Source: a virus. From it: a stretch of 64,000 nucleotides of DNA. Every line of letters begins with the position of its first letter. Position 1 is the stretch's first letter. A model generated the notes under the pieces. That model saw only the letters and a program-made list of their open reading frames with translations, ran no database searches and had not been told where the DNA came from. The stretch is from IMG/VR virus record IMGVR_UViG_3300045999_006495, positions 1 through 64,000 of that record; one strand, written 5' to 3'. The translations under genes were made by a program, and so were the position numbers. Shown here in pieces: positions 34,722 to 45,640 of the stretch.

Positions 34722-35921
34722 TTAATCCTTAAGTGATTTCATTACAGCTTTAAAGTGGTCTGCAATGACAGCCCAATCAAACTTAGCCCGTCTAATATGC
34801 TTCTCTGCTTTATCGCCAATTTCTTTTCTAAGCTCATAATTAGTATACAAAGTATACAGAGCTTCAATAGCTTTGTCTACATCAATAATGTGGTGAATAG
34901 TATTCAGGCCCCGGTCAGTGAGACTTGGAAATGGATAACAGTCTACCATAAGTGCATTACCACCCGGCCACTCATTGAGGGCTGAGTGAGCTGGAAGCAC
35001 ACAAGGTACTCCTACCGACATGGCCTCTGCAATTGGAAGCCCCCAACCCTCTGCGGCTGTGGTAGTGAAGAATACATCTGCACAATTATACACCATATTC
35101 ATTTGCTCGTCAGTAAGTCCAGTTGATGGGGTAAGGTCTGGGCGGCTAATTGCCAGACGGTCATCAATACCCAGATACCTACACCATTGAATAATATCAA
35201 TGCCATAGTCTCGAAGTGCACCGTGGTAGTACACACGAACATTCTTGGGGAGGTTGTATCTTTTTACAAACTCCGCAAAAACATAGAAGAACAAGTCAAG
35301 TCTTTTTCTTGGCTGGTTTCTAGACACATTAAGAACAACAAAGTCATCCTCTTTCATCTTCATAGCCTTTTTAACTTTAACTTTGTCCATACGTTTAAAT
35401 GTATTAAACTCTACACCATGAGGAATAGAGAAGACTTTATTCAGGTTTGCGCCTGACTCAATCAGTTGTTGCTCACCATACTCAGTGTAAGTGATAATTG
35501 CGTCAAATACAGCATCTACTGGCTTAACAAAATCCTCTTTGATATTCTCAGCGTCGATAGGTGTGTAAAGAATAAACTTAGTCTTAGCATCCGGCATTTC
35601 TTTCTTGTACGCCTCAATTCGTTGAGCATACTCAGCCGCAATCCATACATCATTAAGAATAAAACAAACCTCTGGCTGAAGCTGTACTAGCAAGCGGTAC
35701 ATCTTCTCGAAGCCGTAAATTTCATTGTCCCCTGAACTTGCAGGGTAAACCTTTAAACCCTCACAAAGGGGATCATAGTCACCAAAGTAGTTTACCCCAA
35801 TTACGTAAATTTCATAATCTTTCTTGAAATGTTTAATAAGATTCTTAGAAACTATTCCAAACCCAGTGGGGACTGGGAAGTCCCCCACGTACAACATCTT
35901 TGGTTTTTCACCCTTACCCAT
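34722..35921 (-). CDS. GT4 (GT-B) glycosyltransferase
   Basis: TGFG, IPHGV, RNQPRKR, EGWGLPIAEAMSVG. Confidence 0.9.
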   Translation of the reverse strand: MGKGEKPKMLYVGDFPVPTGFGIVSKNLIKHFKKDYEIYVIGVNYFGDYDPLCEGLKVYPASSGDNEIYGFEKMYRLLVQLQPEVCFILNDVWIAAEYAQRIEAYKKEMPDAKTKFILYTPIDAENIKEDFVKPVDAVFDAIITYTEYGEQQLIESGANLNKVFSIPHGVEFNTFKRMDKVKVKKAMKMKEDDFVVLNVSRNQPRKRLDLFFYVFAEFVKRYNLPKNVRVYYHGALRDYGIDIIQWCRYLGIDDRLAISRPDLTPSTGLTDEQMNMVYNCADVFFTTTAAEGWGLPIAEAMSVGVPCVLPAHSALNEWPGGNALMVDCYPFPSLTDRGLNTIHHIIDVDKAIEALYTLYTNYELRKEIGDKAEKHIRRAKFDWAVIADHFKAVMKSLKD

Positions 35922-35932
35922 ACATTCTCCTT

Positions 35933-36523
35933 TTAGTAGACCTTAGTCCCCGTAATAATATTAACAGGCTGTCGACTCATTGTTGGTTGTGCTATTCTAG
36001 TAGCAAACACAGTGTTCAGCTCTGTTTGTAAAGTTTCTAGTACTGCTCTCATTGTATTAGCAGCAGTTGTATTTGTGAATCTAATGTCCTCAGTTGACCA
36101 TGAAACAAAAGCCGATGAGCTATTGGTTAGCTTAGCCAAGTGAACAATATATGCTGTTGCCAAGACAATAGCATCTTCATCGTTCTGCTCAATTACAGGT
36201 GGTTGTTCCTGACCAAAAACAACAAAAGGATTTCTAAATACATCATTATTTGATAGACCAATAGGAATGTCTGCAATACCATCAATAGTAGATGCTTGAG
36301 CATAACCACTAGGTGACGAGCTATTGTCCCCTGTGTAAGTGCCCGAAGTAACAACTTGGTACTTACTGCGCCACCTCTTTTGTAGGTATTTAATACCAGA
36401 GATAAGCGCAGTTCTTATCAGGGTATCTGAGTAGATAGTACCGTCAAAGTCACCAAGTCTAAGCCTTACTTGGTCTATCATATAGTCAATGTTTGTTGGT
36501 GATGTAATCAATTCACCCTCCAT
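35933..36523 (-). CDS. Probable head-tail connector/neck protein (start moved from 36598)
   Basis: ID.VRLRLGD.....SD..I pattern of head-tail adaptors. Confidence 0.55.
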   Translation of the reverse strand: MEGELITSPTNIDYMIDQVRLRLGDFDGTIYSDTLIRTALISGIKYLQKRWRSKYQVVTSGTYTGDNSSSPSGYAQASTIDGIADIPIGLSNNDVFRNPFVVFGQEQPPVIEQNDEDAIVLATAYIVHLAKLTNSSSAFVSWSTEDIRFTNTTAANTMRAVLETLQTELNTVFATRIAQPTMSRQPVNIITGTKVY

Positions 36524-36539
36524 TATAATAGTTTTACGG

Positions 36540-36815
36540 TCAGTTGTCAAGTGGAACTTCAGGCCATGGCGTGTTAATAAAATTATTATTGACCGCAATC
36601 TCGGGCAGGTCTCTAAGCTTCTGTCGATATTCGTACCATTCTACCTTGTTTGTGATGGGCGAATCGGGAAGAACTCTCCAGTCAGATTCAGCAAGAAGCC
36701 TATTTCGTTCCTGCCTGATAACACCTAGTGCCCACTCCTCGTGGGGCTCTATCCTAAAATCCTCATCAACTTCTATTCTAGTTATCCGTGGAAAAATTTG
36801 AATTATTTCTATCAT
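36540..36815 (-). CDS. Tail fibre assembly chaperone
   Basis: IR.ERN.LL.ESDW..LPD.P...W..YRQ.LRDLP. Confidence 0.85.
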   Translation of the reverse strand: MIEIIQIFPRITRIEVDEDFRIEPHEEWALGVIRQERNRLLAESDWRVLPDSPITNKVEWYEYRQKLRDLPEIAVNNNFINTPWPEVPLDN

Positions 36816-36816
36816 G

Positions 36817-39255
36817 TTATCCTACCTTTACTGCGCTTAAGATTGCGCCGTTATTACCGGTTGAAATAGCCGCATTGGTACCGCCAGTGTTACTTAGCCA
36901 AAGTTCAAGTTCTCCGGGATTTAGGTAAAGTAATTTAGACGAGTATGCACGACCATCTGTTTGGGTTACTGAATTTAAAACTATGCCCGAGTTATATGCA
37001 CCGCCTGTTACTACCTGCCAAGGTAAGCCAACAGTTGTGCTTACTACACCTGCCACAATCAAGTAAAGACCGGCGTCTACTATGTTTATTTGGTTATTAG
37101 TTAAATCATCTAAAACACCATTATTACCGGCTACTTGAAAAGTTATCTTAGCAGTAACACCAGCATTTACAGTCTGAGCAGTATTTTTAGTCATACTGCC
37201 GAAGTTAAACTGAGTAAAGTTAGCATCAACTCTGAAGTCGCCATACGCTCTAGTGTTTCCAGTAGCAGTGTCCACTGTGAATGTGAGTGCATTTGCACTG
37301 TTTCTGGTGCTTAGAGTGCTTTGGGAAGCAGCTACACGAGCATAGTTATTAGTGTCCTGTACCTGCACACCCGTGTCTGCGACTACCGTGCCAGTTGTTT
37401 CTATGTTTCCAGTGTTTGTTATTCCTATAAATTCAGCCGCACCTGTTTTAGTGATGGATGCTACAATGGCCGTTTCTGCTGAGTTATAGACAAAGAAGTC
37501 ACCACCAAGTAAATCAAGATTACCCGTACTTGTTGAGACATCTATAATACGGTTTCCTGCACTACTATTAAGTGTAATACCAGTAGTGTTAGCTTTAAAT
37601 ATAAGTGAGTTATCAGTACTATCTCTAAAGAATATGCCGCCGGATGACATTTCATACTGAGTATTTGAACCAGAGATACCGTAAACTGCACCAAGTGTAC
37701 TTATATTACCACTAACTGTTAGGTCACCCTTTAGTGAGCTGTTGCCATTACTGTCTATTACAAATAAATCAACCGCTGGTTGGATTGGTAAATAGTCGTC
37801 CTGAGGATTTACATATTTAAAATAGTTTTCATTCACTTCTAAGATTGGTGAAAACTCTTCAATAAAGGGAGATTCTTGAGATATATCTTTATAAACAGTC
37901 AAAGTATCTTTAATATTAACGTAGTCTGTTCTGACTCTCAATTCTCGACTATCTATAGTAACTCTAGTACCGGGAGTTCCGCCCAAATAACTAAAACCAT
38001 TTTCACCAGCAGTCATGTTGATTGAACTTGACATATTCTCAGCAACATCGCTAGCCCTCAGCGTTAAATAAGATTGACCAGAGGCTACTGTAGAAATGGT
38101 TGTTTCAGCATAATCATTACGAAGTCCACTCGATGTTGGGGAGTAACCTGTTTGTATTCTAGATGCGTAACCATTAAAGGTACTCGAGGTATTTCCTTGC
38201 TCACCTATCTGAGTTGCTGATATATCAAAGTAAGATTCCGGACCAGAGTAAGGTCCGAGTTGATAATTAAAATTAAAAATACTCGTCCCGGAGTAAACAG
38301 ACGGGTAGTACCTTATTCTAGACCTAGGAACGTAATTAAAATAAAAACCTCCACCACCTCCCGGTCTAGAAAATTCAGCACCAACAACAAAAGAATTGTC
38401 TATGGAAAGACCCTCTTTAGTTAGTAAAACTTCTCCGCTGATACTCTCCCCTGTCCATAAGTAACCAGCCTCGCCAACTGTGATGCCGCTATTAACAAAG
38501 AGTGTACCCATGTTTGAGGCTATAGCGTCTAACTGACCTACGCTAATTTCATTGGCTGTAATGGTTCCGGGTGTAATTAAAACACCGCTGATTGTTCCCG
38601 CAAGAATTTTTTCACCAGTAATACTGCCCGGAGCCAAATCATCAGCACTGATTACAATGCTGTCTGAAACCCTAATAGTAACAGCATCAATAACGTCCGC
38701 TTCTAAATCGTCTACTTGAATAAGTGTTCTGGGGAGAAACTGACTTAGTCTGTAAGATTCTCCGGATGCTACCGCTCTGTGATGCAGTTTTATGTAATTC
38801 GAAGTATTAATATCCGGTAGAACAAAAACTGATGTGTTGTCTGTAGGTGCTGTGAATGTAATGCAGTTTGTGATTGCATCTGCTTCGCCCGAGTAATACG
38901 TCAGTACTTTGTACGCACCGGATATAGTAGTTGGACCCGAATAAAATGATGGACTACCGGAATAAAGAGAACCCAACTCAAAATAAAAGTTAAAGGATTC
39001 GCCTGAAAAAGACTTCATTGTAAAGTTTCTATATCTTCCATCTTTTTCTTTGGAGACCATTAGCCTTTTCCAGTCTGATCCGCTGTACGTAATATACTGT
39101 GTTAAGTCATCATTATACAGCTCGTTGGCTTCTTTGTTGTTTACAAACTGACTGTAGAATACAGGCCAGTACCTTGGTTGTAAGTCAGATTCATTGTTGT
39201 ACACAAACTCTAGTTGTGGTGAATCTTGTGGTATGTATGAATTTGAATCTGTCAT
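36817..39255 (-). CDS. Tail fibre / receptor-binding protein
   Basis: G/S/T-rich beta repeats (GSITGEKI.AGTI), directly upstream of the chaperone. Confidence 0.75.
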   Translation of the reverse strand: MTDSNSYIPQDSPQLEFVYNNESDLQPRYWPVFYSQFVNNKEANELYNDDLTQYITYSGSDWKRLMVSKEKDGRYRNFTMKSFSGESFNFYFELGSLYSGSPSFYSGPTTISGAYKVLTYYSGEADAITNCITFTAPTDNTSVFVLPDINTSNYIKLHHRAVASGESYRLSQFLPRTLIQVDDLEADVIDAVTIRVSDSIVISADDLAPGSITGEKILAGTISGVLITPGTITANEISVGQLDAIASNMGTLFVNSGITVGEAGYLWTGESISGEVLLTKEGLSIDNSFVVGAEFSRPGGGGGFYFNYVPRSRIRYYPSVYSGTSIFNFNYQLGPYSGPESYFDISATQIGEQGNTSSTFNGYASRIQTGYSPTSSGLRNDYAETTISTVASGQSYLTLRASDVAENMSSSINMTAGENGFSYLGGTPGTRVTIDSRELRVRTDYVNIKDTLTVYKDISQESPFIEEFSPILEVNENYFKYVNPQDDYLPIQPAVDLFVIDSNGNSSLKGDLTVSGNISTLGAVYGISGSNTQYEMSSGGIFFRDSTDNSLIFKANTTGITLNSSAGNRIIDVSTSTGNLDLLGGDFFVYNSAETAIVASITKTGAAEFIGITNTGNIETTGTVVADTGVQVQDTNNYARVAASQSTLSTRNSANALTFTVDTATGNTRAYGDFRVDANFTQFNFGSMTKNTAQTVNAGVTAKITFQVAGNNGVLDDLTNNQINIVDAGLYLIVAGVVSTTVGLPWQVVTGGAYNSGIVLNSVTQTDGRAYSSKLLYLNPGELELWLSNTGGTNAAISTGNNGAILSAVKVG

Positions 39256-41150
39256 CCTATAAACTCCATTGTGTAGATATAGCTCCCGTTAGTGTACTGA
39301 CTGGCGTACTCTTTAGGTATTGACGGTACAAGTCTAATACGGTATCTAGTTCCTTTTACAAACTTAACACCCACATCTGCAAATATTACTGGTACAGAAG
39401 AACCTGTTAGTGTCCAACTTAGTAAAAGAGAGTTGTGAGTTGAAATCATTCTAAGGTCGTAGCTTCTGCTTCTGGTATTATTTGGTGTAATATTTACCCA
39501 GTTTCCGTTTGTATTTATTTCAACAGATATGCTAAACCTGACAGTAAGTTGAAATCTTCCGTTGGCAGCTAAGTAATTACCAGCAACCAAACTACTAGCT
39601 CTTAAAAAAGAGTTACTTCTATTAAATCTGTCGTAATAGTAGCCGTTGAGTATTGGTGTACCAAAAGTAGTTTCTAGTTTTTGAATCAAATTAATCTTGT
39701 TGAAGTTGTACTCGTATCTGTTTTTAGAGACTCTACCGTTGGGTGCTACTAAGTACAAGTCTAGAGATTGTACATTAGTAACATCTAGTTTAAAAGAGTT
39801 ACCCAAGTTAGTTGCCTTAAATGGATCTTTTATAAAGTACCAATAACTACTACCAGACTGTGTTTGATTTAAAGATGTTACTGGGAAAAATCTAGGAATG
39901 TACCTAGTAGCCGAACTTATAAGAACTTTATAAATAAGAAGTACACCGCCAATAGGGGCTAAGTTTTCCTTTCTATAAGTGTATTCTCTGAAACCATCAA
40001 TTAAGTTTAATACATGCCGCCTCTCTGTTGTAAGTCCATCACTGTACACAGGTATACTTACATCATAGTCCACCTCAACAAGAAAGTTTGGCTTTATTTT
40101 ATCTTTTGGAAATATAACACCAGCCAAAGTACGTACTGTACTTATTTCAACTCTGTACTTACTGTTGTATTGTAAAAGACTAGTTGTGTTTGTGAGTGCA
40201 CTAGAAAAATCATTAAACTTATTGAATCTATTAGACAGCTCACTTACATTTATACGAGCACTTACTCTTTTATCTGGAAAGCTATTTAATCTTCTTCTAT
40301 ATACTTGGTTACTAGAATTGAGTACTGCTGTTGTTGATATGTCATAGATAGTTATTTCTATCCAGTCTATAGATGTTTGTGTGAAGTTCAGAATAAATTG
40401 GTCGTTGCTAAAGCTCACTGTAAAATCTGAAACATCTGCATTTCTTAATTGGTCAGGGCTTAGTGTGTATGAACAAGATACAGGTACTCTAAATAGGAAT
40501 GGTGCCGATGTTGTGGTGTCGTCTGGCTCTAATTCTTGGTACATGGCCTGAGCATAAACTCTCATGTTGTACATAGAGTTCTCAAAAATGTCTTTTAGTT
40601 CGTCATTGGATTTAGTTCTGAACTCTTCTATTGTTATGTCTACACCACTTGCTAGAAGTAACTGGTAAAAATTGTACTTATTAAAAAGCCTGACAATGTG
40701 AGAAGTAATGTCAAGATTACCTACCCCTCTGTTATTTGGGCCCACATGAGTAACTATACCTGTCACAAATGACACGATGTTTGAGAACCTATCATTCATG
40801 TCGTTAAAGTCCTCATCGTCATATCTATCAAAAGTATCTGCCTCAAAGGATAGGAATATTCTAAGCTTGTAGATGTCTGCGTTAGGGTTTTCCATACGTA
40901 TAACTAACTTGGGTACTCTAACTGCAAACTCAATTATACCCCTAGACAAGTCACTTTCTTTATACAAATTAAGAGGGGTCTTTACCCAGTTAGTACTTGT
41001 TTGAAGAAATATTTTATTTCTAGGTTCAGTGCTTTGTCTGATTACACCACCAGTATAAGGGTTATATCTAACAGGTTTAGCCCCCGGAGGAGGAGTTTTA
41101 TTTACTGTTTTCTGGTCAATTACTCGCAGTGGGCTATTTTTGTTTGTCAT
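39252..41150 (-). CDS. Tail-associated protein, 632 aa
   Basis: Position in the tail module; beta-rich. Confidence 0.55.
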   Translation of the reverse strand: MTNKNSPLRVIDQKTVNKTPPPGAKPVRYNPYTGGVIRQSTEPRNKIFLQTSTNWVKTPLNLYKESDLSRGIIEFAVRVPKLVIRMENPNADIYKLRIFLSFEADTFDRYDDEDFNDMNDRFSNIVSFVTGIVTHVGPNNRGVGNLDITSHIVRLFNKYNFYQLLLASGVDITIEEFRTKSNDELKDIFENSMYNMRVYAQAMYQELEPDDTTTSAPFLFRVPVSCSYTLSPDQLRNADVSDFTVSFSNDQFILNFTQTSIDWIEITIYDISTTAVLNSSNQVYRRRLNSFPDKRVSARINVSELSNRFNKFNDFSSALTNTTSLLQYNSKYRVEISTVRTLAGVIFPKDKIKPNFLVEVDYDVSIPVYSDGLTTERRHVLNLIDGFREYTYRKENLAPIGGVLLIYKVLISSATRYIPRFFPVTSLNQTQSGSSYWYFIKDPFKATNLGNSFKLDVTNVQSLDLYLVAPNGRVSKNRYEYNFNKINLIQKLETTFGTPILNGYYYDRFNRSNSFLRASSLVAGNYLAANGRFQLTVRFSISVEINTNGNWVNITPNNTRSRSYDLRMISTHNSLLLSWTLTGSSVPVIFADVGVKFVKGTRYRIRLVPSIPKEYASQYTNGSYIYTMEFIG

Positions 41151-43555
41151 GATGGCTCCTCAAAAAATTCAGATGCATAAACAATGCTGTCACCGTTTAG
41201 AAAATAGTACTGACCATAAGCTAGCTCTTCAATATTATTTAAGTGTACAACTACTGTTTGTTCAGCGTCCCCTGATATTATAGACTGAGTTTTGGCAAAA
41301 GTAATTCCAACATCACCTATAGGGTGTAGACTTCCCTTGGGGTCATCCTCACGTTTAAGTTCATCAATTTCTCCATAATGCATTGTAACATTTTTTCCTC
41401 TGACAATCAAGATGTTTCCCACACGCTGTTTGGCAAAGAAGAAAAACTTATCATTATACTCTTTAAACAAACCAGCTCTACTCAAAACAGATATAGGAGC
41501 TCCCCAAAAGAAGTCATACTGAACAAAGTGAGGGTTGTTAATAAACATAGACTGGTATAGATTGTCTAAGTCCGTGTTTATGTCAGAAAAATCTTCACAT
41601 AGCTCAGAGTAAGAGATTGCTGTTTTAGGTGTGTATACTATAGGAGGATTGTATAACCGCTTGTCTGGGTTGTAAGCAGACATTCCTAATACCTGAGTGT
41701 AAGAAATATAATTAGCCTTTGACTGTGTAGTCCTAGAGTGGTTATCGTAAATGTTTACAAACACTTGAGAATAACCTTTACTTCCATTCTTTGTAATCCA
41801 CTTGTAGTCAGAGTTATTATAGGTAGGTACTTGAGTGTATTGCATGTCTGCTTCATCCTCAGTATTATTAACTACAATCTTATTAACAAAGCCAGCCATA
41901 GCATCTGCCTTTGAGGCATCACCAATAAACCCGTATTGGATTGTTTCATTATCTACTTGAGACTTTGCTAGGCCCCATTTCTGGGTTGTACCGCTCTCCG
42001 CAGTTTTCTCAAAGACTATAGCTACTGAATCTTCCCACATACCAGCTGTCAAATAAAACTTTGAATATGTGGCTGTGTGGTTGTTGGTGTTTACATTAAA
42101 CTGAGGGCTATAGACTGGTGTGGTTGGTGACGGTATTCTCACATTGTACATTTTGTTGAGGTAGGCTTTAGGGGCACCACTATTAAACACACCTGCTATA
42201 GTATTGTGTTTAGTAAATACACTACCGTAGAGGTTTTGACCGCTGTAGTTTCCTAGGATGTGGTAAGAAAGTCTACCACCAGCATTCGGCCAGTACAGTA
42301 TTGACCTGCGTGTGCTTGTTTGGGAGACTGGTTGGTCAGGTAAGTCAACAAAGATGGCCTGTCTAGCTTCTGTATTACCGTAGAATTTAAAATTAAGGTA
42401 AATAGAATTGTACTCTTCAAAGTAAGGGCTCCATGAAAAAGTAGCCAAATTTGATTGTGCGTTGAGAGACTTGTTCATGTCAATAACTTTTCTTTGATCC
42501 TGAGTTTTATCTAATTTACTTAGCCTATTATCTATGGGTAACCAATAGTTAGATGTATAATAGTCCCACTCACCCGGAACAACATCTTCTTGGTGTAGTC
42601 TGACTGATGATGTACCACCAAAAGCACCTATATAGGTAATAGAACCAGTCAAAGGCATTGGTCGGTTCCTCAACCGTTCTGTTATGTACTTTTGTTTATT
42701 AGTAATTATCTTAAGGTTTGGTGCAGATAAAACACCACTACCAGTTGTCTGAAAAGATGTAGACGGCCAATTTGCAGAGTAAGATAAATCACCATCTACT
42801 TTAGCATATAACGTTGAGTAGAAAATATGCGAGTTAGCTAGTCTTACTGCGGGTAACTTAGCTTTCCAGAGAAACTTGTTAAAGAAGCTTGTGTACCCTT
42901 CACCAAAGTTAGCTGTTAATGTTGGGTCTGAGTGTGTAACAAGAACTAACTTAATTTCTACAATTTCTGTGTCTTGAAGTCCCAGTGGGTCTAAGTCTAT
43001 TCTAACTGAGGATTCTCTACTACCTCTAGTTATTACTTGAGTACCTAATAAAGTTTCTGTCTGAGTTGGGTCATAGTGTCCATTTTTAATTGTGAATCTA
43101 TAGTTACCACCGGTGCTTGTTACTGTGGTTGTTGCTACTGTTTTAAGTGGTACAGCGGCGCAGTGTTTCTTTATGCCAGCAGACTGGTATACTTCCTTGT
43201 ATGTTGACCCTGTGTACTTAACAATCACTGCCACAGATATATCTGTAAACTGAGCTAAGTTAAACTCACTGCTTAAGTCTTCTATACCGCTGTCCATTTT
43301 TATGTGAAAACCTATGTAGGCATAACGCATACCACTGCGGTACATAAAACTTCCTTTCCAAATATCATACTCGGGGCTCTGCCAAACCATTGGCATGGCT
43401 TTAGGTGCATAAGCATGGCTGTCCATAAACAAGGGCTGAGGTGAGTATAAAATATTTTTTGAGGTTACGTTATTATGTAGCAGAGAGTTTAAGTCGTATG
43501 CAGATATTGGTTGACCAGTAGTAAACTCTGGTACAGCCTGAAAGTCTATATTCAT
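41147..43555 (-). CDS. Tail/baseplate protein, 802 aa
   Basis: Position in the tail module. Confidence 0.6.
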   Translation of the reverse strand: MNIDFQAVPEFTTGQPISAYDLNSLLHNNVTSKNILYSPQPLFMDSHAYAPKAMPMVWQSPEYDIWKGSFMYRSGMRYAYIGFHIKMDSGIEDLSSEFNLAQFTDISVAVIVKYTGSTYKEVYQSAGIKKHCAAVPLKTVATTTVTSTGGNYRFTIKNGHYDPTQTETLLGTQVITRGSRESSVRIDLDPLGLQDTEIVEIKLVLVTHSDPTLTANFGEGYTSFFNKFLWKAKLPAVRLANSHIFYSTLYAKVDGDLSYSANWPSTSFQTTGSGVLSAPNLKIITNKQKYITERLRNRPMPLTGSITYIGAFGGTSSVRLHQEDVVPGEWDYYTSNYWLPIDNRLSKLDKTQDQRKVIDMNKSLNAQSNLATFSWSPYFEEYNSIYLNFKFYGNTEARQAIFVDLPDQPVSQTSTRRSILYWPNAGGRLSYHILGNYSGQNLYGSVFTKHNTIAGVFNSGAPKAYLNKMYNVRIPSPTTPVYSPQFNVNTNNHTATYSKFYLTAGMWEDSVAIVFEKTAESGTTQKWGLAKSQVDNETIQYGFIGDASKADAMAGFVNKIVVNNTEDEADMQYTQVPTYNNSDYKWITKNGSKGYSQVFVNIYDNHSRTTQSKANYISYTQVLGMSAYNPDKRLYNPPIVYTPKTAISYSELCEDFSDINTDLDNLYQSMFINNPHFVQYDFFWGAPISVLSRAGLFKEYNDKFFFFAKQRVGNILIVRGKNVTMHYGEIDELKREDDPKGSLHPIGDVGITFAKTQSIISGDAEQTVVVHLNNIEELAYGQYYFLNGDSIVYASEFFEEPS

Positions 43556-43564
43556 GTAAACCTC

Positions 43565-45262
43565 TTAGAAAGATAAAATCTTTTCGTTAGAGCCGCTGTA
43601 TGTCTGACCTACTACGAATAAGTCACTTTCATCATACAGACCAGAGACTGAAATAAGTTCATAGTCTGCTGTTGCTAACGATGTTGAAACAGTATATGAG
43701 TAGACCTTAAAGTAATCATCTACATCAGCGAATGTGCTAACTACTCTAACTATATCACCCAATTTTATGTTTTTATTAAATGGTACTTGGTTTAAAGTTA
43801 TGCTTGGGCGGTCATTTTGCATTAGATAAGCGGCTATATCTAGGAATCTAAAACCTTGTACTTTTGATTGTACATATGGATTGTTTCCTAAGTTTAACTG
43901 CCTAAAACCAGATGAAACTCCTGAGCTTGTAATAGGCAGTATACAGTTGTCCTCTGGTGCGCTATCCAGTGCCCTACCAAATAACTTAACTGTGGCTATA
44001 TATAAAGAAGATTGGTCTACTATTATATTGTTTTTAACACTTACTGTGGTGCTCTGACTGGAACTGACACCAGTGTCTTTAGCTAAAGTAAAGTTACCGG
44101 GTGTTCCCGTAGATACATATTTAGTTATGTAGTATGTATTATGCGGTTGTATTTTAGCACTTACCTGTCTGTTAGTGCCAAACAAGTCAACAGCTGTGAA
44201 GTTGTCCTCAACAGTCTTATAAGTAGTTGATACTAATGTGTCTGTTAACTGACCTGAGATTGTTTTGTTAACCAATTTCCAAACAGGTTTTTCAAACTCA
44301 ACACGTCTTTCAACCTCATCGTTAAAAGATAGGTATTCATCAAATATAGTTGAAAAAACTTCTTGGGAAGCAGACAAAAATCTTGGATTAAACGTAATTA
44401 CTAATTCTTTATACGGTTCATAATTATAACTACCAAAGGTTAAATCACTAAAGTCTTTGTCTGTTAAAACAATAGAGGTGACTTGTTTTTTTAAATTGAA
44501 TATATTTACATATTCAATAATACCATCGTCATTCTGCCTGAGTAAACCTCCACTTGCTTTACACAACAACGATAAGTCCCCAATAAGATTTTCGTAATTA
44601 AACCAAACCCACTCTGGGTTTATCACAGAGCTTTCACAGTCATAGTAAAACAGCGGTGTATAGTTAAGGGTGCTGTAATAAGTTGATGTAGGTTGGAATA
44701 GGCTGTAGTATTTATAAGGCCTACCACCCAAAAGCCATAAAATAGAATTGATAATACCTACAGTAGAACCCTCAACAATTGTTGGATTCTGTTCTTTAAG
44801 TAATTCAAACTTTTGAGCATCAGTAGACCCATTAGGAATGTAGGTAGATACTTTTCTGTTTCTAAATAGAGGAGTCTCTATTAAGTTGATATTGAGTAGG
44901 TCTATATAACCTCTAGCAACAAATGAAACTGAGTTTCTTGATTCAGTCCTTTCAAAAAGCAATCCCTCAAAAACTTTTTTGTAGGAAGATCCTGCGTCAA
45001 AACTGCTGAATATCTCTACTTTCTTAAGTCTCCATTGGTAATTTCTTTCTAAGAAGTTAGATATTTCAGTATCTTGGCCAGACTTAGGTTTTAATATTGT
45101 AAAAGATGTATTACTAGGATTAGCTACGCCGGTTAGTAATTCTGTATTACTTTGAAAAGTAACTGACTGTGTAGGGTCTATTTTTTCAATCAGTCTTGGC
45201 GGTATTACAAAAGAACTGTTACCAGTAGTTATTTTTATGTATTGGTGTGTTTTATAGTTCAT
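43565..45262 (-). CDS. Tail tip/hub protein
   Basis: Follows Dit-like gene; N...Q.....IKLGD.V hub-like C-terminus. Confidence 0.6.
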   Translation of the reverse strand: MNYKTHQYIKITTGNSSFVIPPRLIEKIDPTQSVTFQSNTELLTGVANPSNTSFTILKPKSGQDTEISNFLERNYQWRLKKVEIFSSFDAGSSYKKVFEGLLFERTESRNSVSFVARGYIDLLNINLIETPLFRNRKVSTYIPNGSTDAQKFELLKEQNPTIVEGSTVGIINSILWLLGGRPYKYYSLFQPTSTYYSTLNYTPLFYYDCESSVINPEWVWFNYENLIGDLSLLCKASGGLLRQNDDGIIEYVNIFNLKKQVTSIVLTDKDFSDLTFGSYNYEPYKELVITFNPRFLSASQEVFSTIFDEYLSFNDEVERRVEFEKPVWKLVNKTISGQLTDTLVSTTYKTVEDNFTAVDLFGTNRQVSAKIQPHNTYYITKYVSTGTPGNFTLAKDTGVSSSQSTTVSVKNNIIVDQSSLYIATVKLFGRALDSAPEDNCILPITSSGVSSGFRQLNLGNNPYVQSKVQGFRFLDIAAYLMQNDRPSITLNQVPFNKNIKLGDIVRVVSTFADVDDYFKVYSYTVSTSLATADYELISVSGLYDESDLFVVGQTYSGSNEKILSF

Positions 45263-45633
45263 ACCTCAATTAACCCTATGTCAATGTCATAGACTTTAAC
45301 ACCCCTTAGAGATACTTTAGTGGCTGTCAGTGTTTTGTTGAATGAATCTTTTTCGGTCAACACAGAGTACTGACTACCATCAATATCCTGAAAAATGAAC
45401 TCATCTGGTGTCATAAATACAGTATGTAATGTAGTCAGCACAGACTCAGATACATTTTGAAATTTTAATTTAAACTGTTTTTTAAAATTTCTGTGGTATC
45501 TGTGGGTAGTTCCGTCTAACGCAACTATATCATCACCAATGTTTTTTATTGTGGTCTGTATATCGTTAGGTTTTATTTCATAGTTGAACGGGGTACCTCC
45601 GGAGAGGTACCCGCTAATATAAATTGTAGCCAT
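45259..45633 (-). CDS. Distal tail (Dit-like) protein
   Basis: Directly after the tape measure; ALDGT..R...K..F.L.F pattern. Confidence 0.55.
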   Translation of the reverse strand: MATIYISGYLSGGTPFNYEIKPNDIQTTIKNIGDDIVALDGTTHRYHRNFKKQFKLKFQNVSESVLTTLHTVFMTPDEFIFQDIDGSQYSVLTEKDSFNKTLTATKVSLRGVKVYDIDIGLIEV

Positions 45634-45640
45634 AATTCTC